The position numbers and the translations under genes are program-made. 64,000 nt of DNA from contig JAZNXW010000023.1 in assembly GCA_045594085.1 (NCBI GenBank), forward strand, positions 363 through 64,362, read 5' to 3'. Positions within the stretch are counted from its first letter, which is position 1; every line of letters begins with the position of its first letter. This DNA is from Eubacteriales bacterium. GTDB lineage: Bacteria > Bacillota > Clostridia > Oscillospirales > CAG-272. The notes beneath the pieces were generated by a model. It searched no databases. It had not been told where the DNA came from and worked only from the letters and a program-made list of their open reading frames with translations. Below, piece after piece: positions 37,994-47,941 of this stretch.

Positions 37994-39106
37994 ATGCGAG
38001 TTTTAATGACAGGCGGCGGTACAAGCGGCCACGTTAATCCCGCTATTGCTATAGCGGAGTCTATCAAATTGAATTTTCCCGGATCGGAGATTGCTTTTGT
38101 CGGTACTCCCCGCGGAATCGAAAATAAAACAGTACCTGCGGCAGGATATAAGCTCTATCACGTTGACGTGCGCGGCATCAGACGCTCGCTTTCGCCCGCA
38201 AATATCCGCGCGGCGTATCTTGCACTTACCTCTCCCTACCGTGCGAAAAAAATAATCAAGGAATTCAAGCCCGACATCGTTATCGGTACGGGCGGATACG
38301 TTTCGTGGCCCGTTTGTAAGGCTGCGTCGATGATGGGGGTGCCTTGTATGCTCCACGAGGCGAACGCGTATCCGGGCGTTGCTGTGCGTATGCTGTCCGG
38401 GTGTGTTGATAAGATCCTTCTCAACTTTGATAAGAGCGCGGAATATCTCAAATGCCCGAAGGAAAAGCTCGTAACCGTGGGCAATCCGCTTCGCAACGGA
38501 TTCACTCCTCCCGCAGACATCAGGGAGGCGAAAAAAGCCATAGGCGCCGACGGATATGAAAAGATGATCCTCTCGTACGGCGGAAGCCTCGGCGCGCAGT
38601 ACGTCAATGAGGCTGTTCTCGCGATGATGCGCGACTACACGAAGAAGCACCCCGAGGTGCTTCATGTACACGCGGTAGGCTCCATCGAGCTTGCCGACGC
38701 TACAAAGATGTTCAACGATTACGGACTTGCAGATGCACCGAACATCAAGCTGCTTGAGTATATTTACGATATGCCCGCACAGATGGCGGCGGCAGATCTT
38801 CTTATCTGCCGTGCGGGAGCGATGACCATATCCGAGGTCGCGATGATGCAGAAGCCCACTATCTTTATCCCGTCTCCGAACGTTACCGAGAATCATCAGT
38901 ACAAAAATGCACGTGTCCTCGAGGAAAAGGGCGCGGCTGTTATCATTGAGGAAAAGGACCTCGACGGCGGCAAGCGTCTGACGGAGGTTGCGTCGGGATT
39001 GCTTGAGGATGAGTCGGGGAGAGTCGAAATGGGACGCCGTGCGGGCGAATTTGCCGTCACGGACGCAAACAGACTCATTATCGAGGAGATCAGAAAGCTG
39101 GTCTGA
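37994..39106 (+). CDS. murG: Lipid II GlcNAc transferase
   Basis: GGGTSGH, GGYVS, GGSLGA, RAGAMT, HQYKNA. Confidence 0.97.
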   Translation: MRVLMTGGGTSGHVNPAIAIAESIKLNFPGSEIAFVGTPRGIENKTVPAAGYKLYHVDVRGIRRSLSPANIRAAYLALTSPYRAKKIIKEFKPDIVIGTGGYVSWPVCKAASMMGVPCMLHEANAYPGVAVRMLSGCVDKILLNFDKSAEYLKCPKEKLVTVGNPLRNGFTPPADIREAKKAIGADGYEKMILSYGGSLGAQYVNEAVLAMMRDYTKKHPEVLHVHAVGSIELADATKMFNDYGLADAPNIKLLEYIYDMPAQMAAADLLICRAGAMTISEVAMMQKPTIFIPSPNVTENHQYKNARVLEEKGAAVIIEEKDLDGGKRLTEVASGLLEDESGRVEMGRRAGEFAVTDANRLIIEEIRKLV

Positions 39107-39132
39107 GTCCGCTTTTATAAACGGAGTTTGAA

Positions 39133-40119
39133 ATGACAGACGAAAAAGAAGTTGCCCTTGCTGAGCGTAAGGAGCTGACGAAGGAAGAAAAAAGACTCCT
39201 CGGACGTCTCAGACGTCAGGCTGGATATCATAAAAAGAGCCCCGAGGAACGGGCGAAGCTCGACGTTGAATTACGCGCGCTTGCGAAGCAAAGCCTTGAG
39301 CGCAAGTCGGACGAGACCGCATTTGCGAAGAATGTGGCTGTCGCGGCAAAGCACGAAAAGCGCGTTTACTTCAAGGCACGATGGCGTCTTTTGACGCTTC
39401 TCGTAACGGCGTCGTTTGTGCTTCTTCTGGCAATGTACGTCCTGTACTCGTACGTGCTTGTGGTTGCGTCGGTGGAGGTCGTGGGAAACGAACGCTACAC
39501 CGCAGAGGCGATCGCGGTGGCAAGCGGTATCTCGGTCGGAGATAAAATGTACGCCCTCGCCGTCGATGAAGATGAGCTCGCGTCGGAATTGACAAAGCAG
39601 TTTCCGTACATACAAAGCGTCGAGATGAAGCGCGTCATACCGGACCGCATCGTGATAACGGTGACGGAGGAAATGGCGGTCTTCGTGTCCGAGATATACG
39701 GTGAATACGTATTGCTTTCGAAGGAGCTGAGGGTGCTCGAGCTTTCACCGACGGAGCCTGCCGGCGACTATATCAAGCTCGTTTTGCCCGACGTAAAAAA
39801 TGCGATAGAGGGTGAAGTGATCGAGTTCAAAACGAATATGCTCGACGTCGCAAAAAAAGCCGCCGATGCGGTGTGCTCCGACAGTATGCGCGAGGGGACG
39901 TCGGTGCTTGATATCTCGGACAGATTCAATATCTGGATCGCGTTTGAGGGCAGGTACAAGCTTATGATAGGCGATATCAATGACATCGAAATCAAGCTGA
40001 CACTCGCGTTTGAGATAATGAAGGACGAGGTCTTCTCCGGAGGCAATAAGGGGCTGATTTATCTAGACAATGTCAGCAGTCCGAGCGTTATTATAGACAA
40101 CAGTATAACAATTGAGTGA
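39133..40119 (+). CDS. ftsQ: Cell division protein FtsQ/DivIB
   Basis: Single TM, POTRA (VEVVGN..FPYI..PDRIVITVTE); position before ftsZ. Confidence 0.82.
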   Translation: MTDEKEVALAERKELTKEEKRLLGRLRRQAGYHKKSPEERAKLDVELRALAKQSLERKSDETAFAKNVAVAAKHEKRVYFKARWRLLTLLVTASFVLLLAMYVLYSYVLVVASVEVVGNERYTAEAIAVASGISVGDKMYALAVDEDELASELTKQFPYIQSVEMKRVIPDRIVITVTEEMAVFVSEIYGEYVLLSKELRVLELSPTEPAGDYIKLVLPDVKNAIEGEVIEFKTNMLDVAKKAADAVCSDSMREGTSVLDISDRFNIWIAFEGRYKLMIGDINDIEIKLTLAFEIMKDEVFSGGNKGLIYLDNVSSPSVIIDNSITIE

Positions 40120-40362
40120 ACTTTGTGGCCGTTTGAAAGCTGCGGAAAAGCTCAAAAATGTGCCAAAAACGCAAAAAAATCCGAAAAATGTAGAAATATC
40201 AAAGAAAATTACAAAAAAACTATTGCAAAACAAGAAAAAATCCTTTATTATATTACTGAAGAAACATAAGCGAAATTAGGCATCCGCCTTTATTAGCCAA
40301 ACGTAAAAAATAAATGATGTGATGCATCCGACAGGTTAGTCGGTTGCGGAAAGGAACAAAAA

Positions 40363-41619
40363 ATGGCTTTTGAACTTGACGATAACTTTGAAAGTGGCGT
40401 AAATATTAAAGTAGTCGGCGTCGGTGGCGGCGGCGGAAACGCTGTTAACAGAATGATCTCCTCTATCAGAGGTGTTGAATTCATCTGCATCAATACAGAT
40501 AAGCAGGCGCTTCTCCATTCCAGCGCAACAAATAAAATTCCGATCGGCGAAAAGATCACCAAGGGTCACGGCGCAGGTGCCAATCCCGAGGTAGGCGCAC
40601 GCGCAGCCGAGGAAAACCTTGAAGAAATCAAGAACGCTATCAGCGGTGCTGATATGGTGTTCATCACCGCCGGTATGGGCGGCGGTACCGGTACAGGTGC
40701 GGCTCCCATCGTTGCACGCGCAGCTAAGGAAATGGGAATTCTCACCGTCGGCGTTGTAAGTAAGCCCTTCGCTTTCGAAGGCAGACGCAGAATGGCTCAG
40801 GCCGAAGGCGGTATCGAAAATCTCAGCCAGTACGTTGACTCTCTCGTTGTTATTCCGAACGAAAGACTTGCTCAGGTATCCGACGCAAGAATCACTCTCA
40901 TCAACGCATTTGAAATCGCAGACGATATGCTCCGCCACGGTGTGCAGAGCATTTACGAGCTCATCAACGTCCCCGGACTTATCAACCTCGACTTTGCCGA
41001 CGTTTCCTCCGTTATGATGGACGCAGGTCTCGCTCACATGGGCGTAGGCGAAGGCACCGGCAAGGACAGAGCAGAGATCGCAGCGAAGGCTGCTATCTCC
41101 TCCCCGCTGCTTGAGACCTCTATCTCCGGCGCAACCGGTATCCTCGTCAGCATCTCCGGTTCTCCCGATATGGGACTCGACGAAGTTATCCAGGCTTCCA
41201 CCATGGTATCCGCAGAGGCTCATCCCGATGCAAATATCATTTGGGGTGCTAATATTGATCCTAATCTTGAAGACAAGATGAAGGTCACCATCATCGCGAC
41301 AGGCTTTGCAAAGAAGGAAGGCGACCCTCGCGTACAGCGTCACGTTGCTCCGATGCCCGAATCCAAGCCCCGCTATGAAGCCCCTGTAAAAAAAACTGAA
41401 CCTGTAGAAACAGCCCCCGTTAAGGACGACGGCGAGGATCTTTTCGCAGAGGACAACATCTATTCTGCTGAAGAAAAGGCAGCTCCCGCAATCGAGACTC
41501 CCGTAGAAAACTACGAGGTCGGCGAGACTGACGATAACCTCACGGACGATGATTTCGACGATCTTATGAGCATTCTCAAGAAGACGAGAAATAACAACAA
41601 CGGCGGAAGAAGATTCTAA
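40363..41619 (+). CDS. ftsZ: Cell division protein FtsZ
   Basis: [24 protein letters not shown]. Confidence 0.98.
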   Translation: MAFELDDNFESGVNIKVVGVGGGGGNAVNRMISSIRGVEFICINTDKQALLHSSATNKIPIGEKITKGHGAGANPEVGARAAEENLEEIKNAISGADMVFITAGMGGGTGTGAAPIVARAAKEMGILTVGVVSKPFAFEGRRRMAQAEGGIENLSQYVDSLVVIPNERLAQVSDARITLINAFEIADDMLRHGVQSIYELINVPGLINLDFADVSSVMMDAGLAHMGVGEGTGKDRAEIAAKAAISSPLLETSISGATGILVSISGSPDMGLDEVIQASTMVSAEAHPDANIIWGANIDPNLEDKMKVTIIATGFAKKEGDPRVQRHVAPMPESKPRYEAPVKKTEPVETAPVKDDGEDLFAEDNIYSAEEKAAPAIETPVENYEVGETDDNLTDDDFDDLMSILKKTRNNNNGGRRF

Positions 41620-41630
41620 AGTTAAAATGA

Positions 41631-41660
41631 AAAAAAGCACCGAGCGATCGGTGCTTTTTT
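41631..41660. terminator. Intrinsic terminator after ftsZ
   Basis: A-run GCACCGA-GCGA-TCGGTGC T-run. Confidence 0.9.
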
Positions 41661-41679
41661 GTTGGGGTGGGCATCAAGG

Positions 41680-41799
41680 CTCCCTCGTGAGGGAGGTGCC
41701 AGCGTCGCCGCCACTGTAGGGACCGACGTCGGTGTTTGCCGAGGCAAACACTACGGTCCGTTTTTGCTATACGTAAATGGCGGGAGCAAGCCCCCCGCC
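41680..41799. repeat. Cluster of REP-like GC-rich palindromes
   Basis: CTCCCTC-GT-GAGGGAG; GTAG-GGACCG..CGGTCC enclosing GTGTTTGCC-GA-GGCAAACAC; GGCGGGAGC-AA-GCCCCCCGCC. Confidence 0.65.
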
Positions 41800-41829
41800 G
41801 TGATCTCTCTCTCGATGGGTGACTGCGAA

Positions 41830-42207
41830 TCATATTTCGACTAATCGGTATTCTGCGATCCCGGATATGTCTCGAACGAATTCGAGATCATACGTTGCAT
41901 TCGGGTACACTGTTCCTGAAACGGTAAATGCATTTTTTCCGAGATCTATAATCACTGTTGTTGGTCCGTTAATTTTTAACCGGGCGACCTCTCCGAGCTC
42001 ACCTACCCAAGTCTTCCCTGTTTTTGTCGAGACCGTGACCCAATGCTTTTGTAACGAACAATGTGTGAATTTTTCGAGTTGATAAGGAGTTTTGATTTTT
42101 ACATATCCAATATCTGGAGTGTTTGAAATCGGATATCCGCAAGAAGGGCAGAACGCGGCAAATGATGAAACATCTTTTTTGCATTCCGGGCACGGAATAA
42201 TAGCCAT
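41830..42207 (-). CDS. Zinc-ribbon domain protein
   Basis: MAIIPCPEC..FCPSCGYPI; AGGAGG SD. Confidence 0.8.
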   Translation of the reverse strand: MAIIPCPECKKDVSSFAAFCPSCGYPISNTPDIGYVKIKTPYQLEKFTHCSLQKHWVTVSTKTGKTWVGELGEVARLKINGPTTVIIDLGKNAFTVSGTVYPNATYDLEFVRDISGIAEYRLVEI

Positions 42208-42227
42208 AAAAGCCTCCTAAATAACGC

Positions 42228-42306
42228 AGTTGCACCTGTATAGGTGCAACTTTATTATAATATCTTCATAAAATAATGTCAAGATGATTGTTCCGATATG
42301 GGAGCA
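42228..42306. promoter_or_regulatory. Minus-strand consensus sigma-A promoter flanked by two related 18-bp palindromes
   Basis: TTGACA-17-TATAAT (42282 to 42254); TGCACCTGTATAGGTGCA and TGTTCCGATATGGGAGCA. Confidence 0.7.
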
Positions 42307-42320
42307 AAAGGGGGCTTGGC

Positions 42321-42551
42321 ATGAATAAGGCTATTGAGACCGTAATAGGTCAGAACATCAGAAAAATAAGAGAATCAAGGAAAATGACGCAAGAAATGCT
42401 TGCTGCTAAATTGCAGCTATGCGGCTGTGATATTACAAGAAGTGCACTTGCGAAAATAGAGGTCGGGCAAAGGCATTTGTATCCCGATGAAATAATTTTG
42501 CTTCATCAAATTCTTAACGTAACGTATGATGAGATATTTAATATTGAATAG
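42321..42551 (+). CDS. XRE-family HTH regulator (same subfamily as 13100-13339)
   Basis: TQEMLAAKLQ..ITRSALAKIEVGQR. Confidence 0.9.
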   Translation: MNKAIETVIGQNIRKIRESRKMTQEMLAAKLQLCGCDITRSALAKIEVGQRHLYPDEIILLHQILNVTYDEIFNIE

Positions 42552-42554
42552 CTG

Positions 42555-42591
42555 AAAAAGGAGCACGAATTAACGAATTGTGCTCCTTTTT
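42555..42591. terminator. Bidirectional terminator
   Basis: AAAAAGGAGCAC..GTGCTCCTTTTT. Confidence 0.85.
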
Positions 42592-42593
42592 CC

Positions 42594-43148
42594 TCACTCC
42601 CCGTGTTCGCGCTTGAGCACGGAATAAAACGCGATGTCGTGCATCTCGCCGGACGGCGTGCGATAGAATTCGCGCTTTGTGCCCTCGTAAGTCAATCCGC
42701 ACTTGCGTGCTACCTTGCCTGATGCGGGATTTTTCGTTGCGTGGCTTATTTCTATTCTGTTAAATCCGACCTCGTCAAATAAAAAGTCGATGACGGCGCT
42801 TGCTGCCTCTGTCATAATTCCGCGCCCCCAACGGTTGTGACTGAGACAGTAGCCGATGCAGGCATATTCGTGCTTGTCGTTAACGAGAACAACGCTGATG
42901 TTGCCTATCGGTGTTCCGCCCTCGGTGATCGTCCAGTTATAGTAATCGTTGCGTTCGTACTCCGCACACCAAGCTGTGAGAAGCTGACGTGTGAACTCGA
43001 CGGAGCTGTGCGGTGTCCACGTCAGATAGCGCGTAACGCGTTCGTCGCTTGCCCAGTTTGCGAACATCGCTTCCGCATCATCGGGGGAGAATCGGCGCAG
43101 AATGAGTCGGTGAGTCTTGATCGTTATTGTGCCTTTGTGTGTAAGCAT
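42594..43148 (-). CDS. GNAT acetyltransferase (RimJ/RimL type)
   Basis: THRLILRR, WGRGIMTEA, NPASGKV. Confidence 0.9.
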   Translation of the reverse strand: MLTHKGTITIKTHRLILRRFSPDDAEAMFANWASDERVTRYLTWTPHSSVEFTRQLLTAWCAEYERNDYYNWTITEGGTPIGNISVVLVNDKHEYACIGYCLSHNRWGRGIMTEAASAVIDFLFDEVGFNRIEISHATKNPASGKVARKCGLTYEGTKREFYRTPSGEMHDIAFYSVLKREHGE

Positions 43149-43151
43149 ATC

Positions 43152-43940
43152 TTACTCCTTTCTGAAAATATCGAGCGAATGGTTGGACATACCGATGAGA
43201 TCCTGCCGTTCGCAGGTGGCGAAATGATATCTGAGGTATATTTCGTAGGTGAAATCGTCCATTTCCGCGAGTGTGGCGCGCATATGATTAGCGTAGCCGT
43301 CGGTTGCGACGAGATGTAGGTGCGTTACGTTAAAGTGCGAACGCAGATCCTCTATCTCTGATTTGCGGTGAAGCACGAACAGATCGTCGGGATTTGACGA
43401 AGCCTTGAACGTTTCGAGGTCAAGTATGCCTTTATCGAGCAGACTCGGAAGTCCGCCGCGAATGAACCCGTACTGAACTATCGACGAATCCTCCATGCAG
43501 TACGCGACGAAGATGACGCCGCCCTTTTTTGTAACGCGGACAGCCTCTGCGAGCGCACGGATCTTTTCGTCTTCCGTGAAAAGATGATACATCGGGCCGA
43601 GAAGCAGGGTGATATCGTAGGTTTCGTCCGCAAAATCGGAAAGATCGATTGCGTTGCCCTGCGTGACGGTGACGTTTTCGCCCTCTGATGTGTTTTTGCG
43701 GAATATCTCGATATTGTGCTCGATCAGCTCAACGGCATCGACGGAATATCCCATTCGCGCGAGCGTGTGGCTGTAGCGCCCCGTGCCTGCGCCTATCTCG
43801 ATGATGCGTGCACCCGGTGTGAGATATTTTTCGACGAATTTCATCGTTGTGAGATATTCGACTTGGCCGTGGCGTGTGAGAAGACGTCCGTTTTCGTCGT
43901 AGGCGGTGTAGTAGTCGTTCAAGTAATCAAATGCGTTCAT
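43152..43940 (-). CDS. Class I SAM-dependent methyltransferase
   Basis: IEIGAGTGRY, LLGPMYHL; AAGGAGG before ATG 43940. Confidence 0.9.
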   Translation of the reverse strand: MNAFDYLNDYYTAYDENGRLLTRHGQVEYLTTMKFVEKYLTPGARIIEIGAGTGRYSHTLARMGYSVDAVELIEHNIEIFRKNTSEGENVTVTQGNAIDLSDFADETYDITLLLGPMYHLFTEDEKIRALAEAVRVTKKGGVIFVAYCMEDSSIVQYGFIRGGLPSLLDKGILDLETFKASSNPDDLFVLHRKSEIEDLRSHFNVTHLHLVATDGYANHMRATLAEMDDFTYEIYLRYHFATCERQDLIGMSNHSLDIFRKE

Positions 43941-43960
43941 GGTTTTCCTCCTTATAAATA

Positions 43961-44006
43961 AAAATACAGCGCAAGACGGAGATGAGAGATCCCGGACTTG
44001 CACTGT
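43961..44006 (-). terminator. Attenuator-like terminator upstream of methyltransferase
   Basis: ACAGTGCAAG..CTTGCGCTGT then ATTTT, directly before the SD. Confidence 0.7.
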
Positions 44007-44037
44007 TTTGCTTATAAATATAAAAATACAGATAAAT

Positions 44038-44133
44038 TTATATCAGAGCATAACGCGAAAGCCCGGCCGACTGCCAATAATAAACAGCGGGGACGGACAT
44101 GACGGGCACGTTATTGATAACGGTGCGCTTCAT
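44038..44133 (-). CDS. Putative 31-aa leader peptide MKRTVINNVPVMSVPAVYYWQSAGLSRYALI
   Basis: AAGGAG upstream, ATG to TAA, followed by attenuator hairpin. Confidence 0.55.
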   Translation of the reverse strand: MKRTVINNVPVMSVPAVYYWQSAGLSRYALI

Positions 44134-44181
44134 TGCTTTCGTTTGCTCCTTTTTTGAATTTAGTTAATTATACAGCCGCAC

Positions 44182-45399
44182 TTAACGTATGTCAAGGGCG
44201 GAATCTGCATTTTCCGATGTTTTTTTCAAATGTTTCTTCATTATTATAAGGGCTGCCGTCATAGTCAGCGGAAAAATAACGGCGGCGAGGATACCGAGCT
44301 TCAAATTGTCACCGAAGCGGTCCGAGACGAATCCCACAAGCGACGGGCCTGCAGAGCATCCGAGATCGCCCGCAAGCGCAAGAAGCGCGAACATCGCGGT
44401 GCCTCCCCGTCTGAGAGCGGATGCGGCACGGCTGAACGAGCCCGGCCACATAATGCCGACGGTGAGTCCCGTCAGTGCGCATCCGAGGAGAGATAGAGCT
44501 GGCGAGGGCGAAAGCGAGGCAACAAGATAAGTTGCAACGCAGACGGCGGAGCTGACTGTCATGAACGAGTCGAGGTCGATCTTCTCACCGTACTTGCCGT
44601 AAAAAGTGCGCGAGATGCCCATCATTACGGCAAATGTGAGCGGCCCTGCGAGGTCACCTACTGTTTTGCTTACGCCGAGACCGAGCTCCGCGAATGCGGA
44701 CGCCCATTGGCTGACCGCTTGCTCGGACGCGCCGGAGCAGACCATCATCACCATCAGTATCCAGAATATACGCGAACGGAACAGCTCCGAAAGAGACATT
44801 CCGATGTCGCCTTCCTCAATCAGGCTTGCAATCGGGGTGAGGGCGAAGATGATTATGTTTGCGATCGGAAAGAGTGCCCATACGTACGCGAGTATGCGCC
44901 AGTTCTCGATTCCGACGGAATTGAAGAAGAGAGTTGACAGAAGCACGACGCCGACGTGTCCCCAGCAATAAAACGAGTGAAGCAAGCTCATCGTTTTTTC
45001 CTTGTTTTCGGAAGGACAGCTTTCAACGATCGGACTTACGAGCACCTCAAGGATACCTCCACCGACGGCGTAGATGATGACGGAGGTGAGAATTCCCGTA
45101 AACGGTGAGGGCATAACGTCGGGCAAAACGGTGAGTCCGAGAATGCCGAGCGCGGCAAAGACGTGCGCGAGGATCATTGCGCATCTGTAGCCGATCTTGT
45201 CGATGAACTTAACTGACAGAAGATCAACTGTGAGTTGTACGGCGAAGTTGATTGTTACGAGAAGCGTGATCTGCGAGAGAGGGATGCCGTAGGTGCTTAT
45301 GAAGGTGATGAAAAGCAGGGGAACGAAATTGTTGACGATCGCCTGTACGATGTAACCGAGAAAGCAGGCGAAAACGGTTGTTTTATACGTGAATTTCAT
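44182..45399 (-). CDS. MFS transporter
   Basis: About 12 TMs; DKIGYR loop motif. Confidence 0.9.
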   Translation of the reverse strand: MKFTYKTTVFACFLGYIVQAIVNNFVPLLFITFISTYGIPLSQITLLVTINFAVQLTVDLLSVKFIDKIGYRCAMILAHVFAALGILGLTVLPDVMPSPFTGILTSVIIYAVGGGILEVLVSPIVESCPSENKEKTMSLLHSFYCWGHVGVVLLSTLFFNSVGIENWRILAYVWALFPIANIIIFALTPIASLIEEGDIGMSLSELFRSRIFWILMVMMVCSGASEQAVSQWASAFAELGLGVSKTVGDLAGPLTFAVMMGISRTFYGKYGEKIDLDSFMTVSSAVCVATYLVASLSPSPALSLLGCALTGLTVGIMWPGSFSRAASALRRGGTAMFALLALAGDLGCSAGPSLVGFVSDRFGDNLKLGILAAVIFPLTMTAALIIMKKHLKKTSENADSALDIR

Positions 45400-45402
45400 A
45401 GT

Positions 45403-46719
45403 TTACTCTGTGATGATGACTCCGTGTGCGATCCCGTCCTTCACGTCAGTGAATCGGACGCGTCTGATCTCGCCGGAGGCGATGCCCGAAATCGGCGTTC
45501 TTACTTCGACGAAATTTGCGGTGTGTCCCGAGTGCATACCGTCAATATCGGATTCGAAAAGCACGTCACATTCGGGGGTGTTTTTTATGAAATCGCGCAC
45601 GACCGCCTCTGAAATCTCCTTTGCGAGCGCGATCAGACGGGCGGATCTTTCGTGCTTGACGGATTCCGGGATCTGATCCGGCATCGTTGCGGCGGGAGTG
45701 CCGCGTCGCTTGGAATATTGGAAGACGTGCATATCAAGGAAGCGAGCGCGGCGCACGAAATTTAGTGTTTCCTCGAAATCCGCGTCTGTCTCGCCTGGGA
45801 ATCCTACGATCACGTCTGTTGTGAACATCACGTCGGGGAGCGCGGCGCGCAGTGCCTCAAGCTTCTGCATTGCTGTCTCAGCCGTGTATTTGCGGCGCAT
45901 CGCGCCGAGCGTGCGTGTGCATCCGCTCTGAAGCGACAGATGGAAATGCGGAACAGCCTTAGGAGTTTTTGCGAGCGCGTCTATGAAATCGGCACGCATA
46001 ACGGTCGGCTCGAGCGAGCCCATACGGATGCGGTCGAGCCCCTCTATCTCAGCGAGCTTTTTTATGAGATCTGCAAGGGATTCCTTTGTGTCTCTGCCGA
46101 ATGCGGCTGTCTCGATGCCTGTAAGCACGATCTCGCGGCATCCGGATTCAACGAGCGAGGTGACCTCTTCGTATATGTCCGCTATTGTGCGCGAACGGAC
46201 GCGTCCGCGGACCGAAGGAATGATGCAGTACGCGCATTTTCCGTCGCATCCGTCGCAGATCTTGACGTAAGCGCGGGTGCGCGGCGCGTGATCGATGCGC
46301 ATCGGCTCGATGGAGTATTCCTCCGCGATCTTTCCGTCGGCAAGGATGACGGGCGCGGCGGGCGCGCCGTTTTTCACTGTGAAAAGCGCGGCATCGGCGG
46401 CGTAGAGCTTGTTTTTGTTGCCGATGACGTACGCAACGCCATCGATATTGGCGGCGGCGTCTGCGTCGCTTTCGGAAAAGCATCCGCAAACGATTACAGA
46501 TGCATCCGCATTCTTTTTCCTTGCGCGGCGTATAGTCTGTCGGCTCTTTCTGTCTGCCTCTGCCGTCACCGTGCAGGTGTTGATTATGTAAATGTCGCAA
46601 GACTCGGACGGATCAAGCACGTCAAATCCGAGGGAGAGAAGACGCTCCGCGATAGCTTCGCTTTCGTATTGGTTTACCTTGCATCCGAGGGTGATGATTG
46701 CGGCGGTTGGTCTGTTCAT
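45403..46719 (-). CDS. mtaB: tRNA t6A37 methylthiotransferase
   Basis: TLGCKVNQYES, NTCTVT, CDGKCAYC, C-terminal TRAM-like region. Confidence 0.92.
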   Translation of the reverse strand: MNRPTAAIITLGCKVNQYESEAIAERLLSLGFDVLDPSESCDIYIINTCTVTAEADRKSRQTIRRARKKNADASVIVCGCFSESDADAAANIDGVAYVIGNKNKLYAADAALFTVKNGAPAAPVILADGKIAEEYSIEPMRIDHAPRTRAYVKICDGCDGKCAYCIIPSVRGRVRSRTIADIYEEVTSLVESGCREIVLTGIETAAFGRDTKESLADLIKKLAEIEGLDRIRMGSLEPTVMRADFIDALAKTPKAVPHFHLSLQSGCTRTLGAMRRKYTAETAMQKLEALRAALPDVMFTTDVIVGFPGETDADFEETLNFVRRARFLDMHVFQYSKRRGTPAATMPDQIPESVKHERSARLIALAKEISEAVVRDFIKNTPECDVLFESDIDGMHSGHTANFVEVRTPISGIASGEIRRVRFTDVKDGIAHGVIITE

Positions 46720-46836
46720 TGCAATAATGTCCTTTTTGAAAAATCAAGATAATTATATCATTTAACGCGCCGATTGCAACCGAAAAAACATTATTTTCTA
46801 CGTTTACTTTCAATTTTTACATCTCATATTAATTAT

Positions 46837-47751
46837 ATGAAGAAAACTGTGAAATACAAAACGCATCCCATATACAAAGCGCTCACGTGGCTGATGCTGA
46901 CTATAACGGTGGCGGCACTGCTTTTTGCGTGGGCGGTATATGTGTCTGCGGGCACAAAGGAGCGTATGTACGGCTCTGCGATGGAGTCGTGCGGATATGA
47001 GGCGTATCTCTCATTTTGCGAAAAACTCGGTGTGATCGCAGAATCGGATGACGGGACAGAGACGGCGTATGCGTCGGTGGCTGCGGGCGAGGCGCTTTCG
47101 CGCTACGTCCTTTTTTCGGATATTGAAACGGACGCTGACGCGCTCCGCGGCCTGCTTATGTCGGGGCAAGTGGGGAAGGAAGAGGCGGAGGAGCTTTTGC
47201 GCGTGCTTTCGGAGGGGGGCACGCGCGATGAAGCCGTATCCGCGGCGATAAAAACGGCGCTTGAGTGGGGCAAGGATCCGACCATATCATCGGAACGCGA
47301 CAGCGGCGGATGGAGGTGGCTTTCATCGCTTCCGGAGGTGAAGGAGACGGAGGCGTCAAAGACAGCGGCTCGCTTTATAGGTGGCGGAGGAAAGGTCAGA
47401 CGCGGTGAAAGTCACGCATTTCCGCTCGTGTATTCATACGTGAACGGCAATGCTTCGGCTGAGGTGACGCGTATGGGGGGCAGACTCATTCGTATGTATA
47501 AATTCCCGATCGGAAGCGCGGAAAAACGAACGGTCGAACAGTGCGCTTTGTCGGCGGAGAGATTCTTGCGCGACGCAGGTATAAAGGATGCGGAGCTATA
47601 CTCGGCTGAGCTTGTCGGTGACGTGGCGGAGCTCAAGTTTGCGCCTCCGTCTGAGACGGAAGAAAGTGCGCGGTCGATCTCGGTGAATGTGGCGCTTTCG
47701 GGCGCGACGGTGATATATTTTGATGCGTATGAGTATTATCGGAATCGCTGA
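46837..47751 (+). CDS. YpeB-like germination protein (short, divergent)
   Basis: N-terminal TM; PepSY-like segments, VTRMGG, VNVALSG..FDA..Y; preceded by GTTTA-18-CATATTA. Confidence 0.55.
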   Translation: MKKTVKYKTHPIYKALTWLMLTITVAALLFAWAVYVSAGTKERMYGSAMESCGYEAYLSFCEKLGVIAESDDGTETAYASVAAGEALSRYVLFSDIETDADALRGLLMSGQVGKEEAEELLRVLSEGGTRDEAVSAAIKTALEWGKDPTISSERDSGGWRWLSSLPEVKETEASKTAARFIGGGGKVRRGESHAFPLVYSYVNGNASAEVTRMGGRLIRMYKFPIGSAEKRTVEQCALSAERFLRDAGIKDAELYSAELVGDVAELKFAPPSETEESARSISVNVALSGATVIYFDAYEYYRNR

Positions 47752-47838
47752 AATGTACGTCGGTGGCGAAAAAAGGACGAAAATGGGGCGAAAAACAGCA
47801 CTTTAGGGTGCAAAATCCGTGTTTTTCGCCCGAAAACC

Positions 47839-47867
47839 TTGCAATATATAAAATATGGTGTTATAAT
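47839..47867 (+). promoter_or_regulatory. Sigma-A promoter of metG operon
   Basis: TTGCAA-17-TATAAT with extended TG. Confidence 0.75.
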
Positions 47868-47941
47868 CCGAGAGTATAATGGATAAGTATATGCTGCCCA
47901 TTTGCGGCATATAAGTAATGAAAGAAAGGCGGATCATCACC

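Noticed and set aside
47868-47941. T-box or SAM riboswitch before metG
   Set aside because: Leader is only ~70 nt and has no T-box motif or terminator
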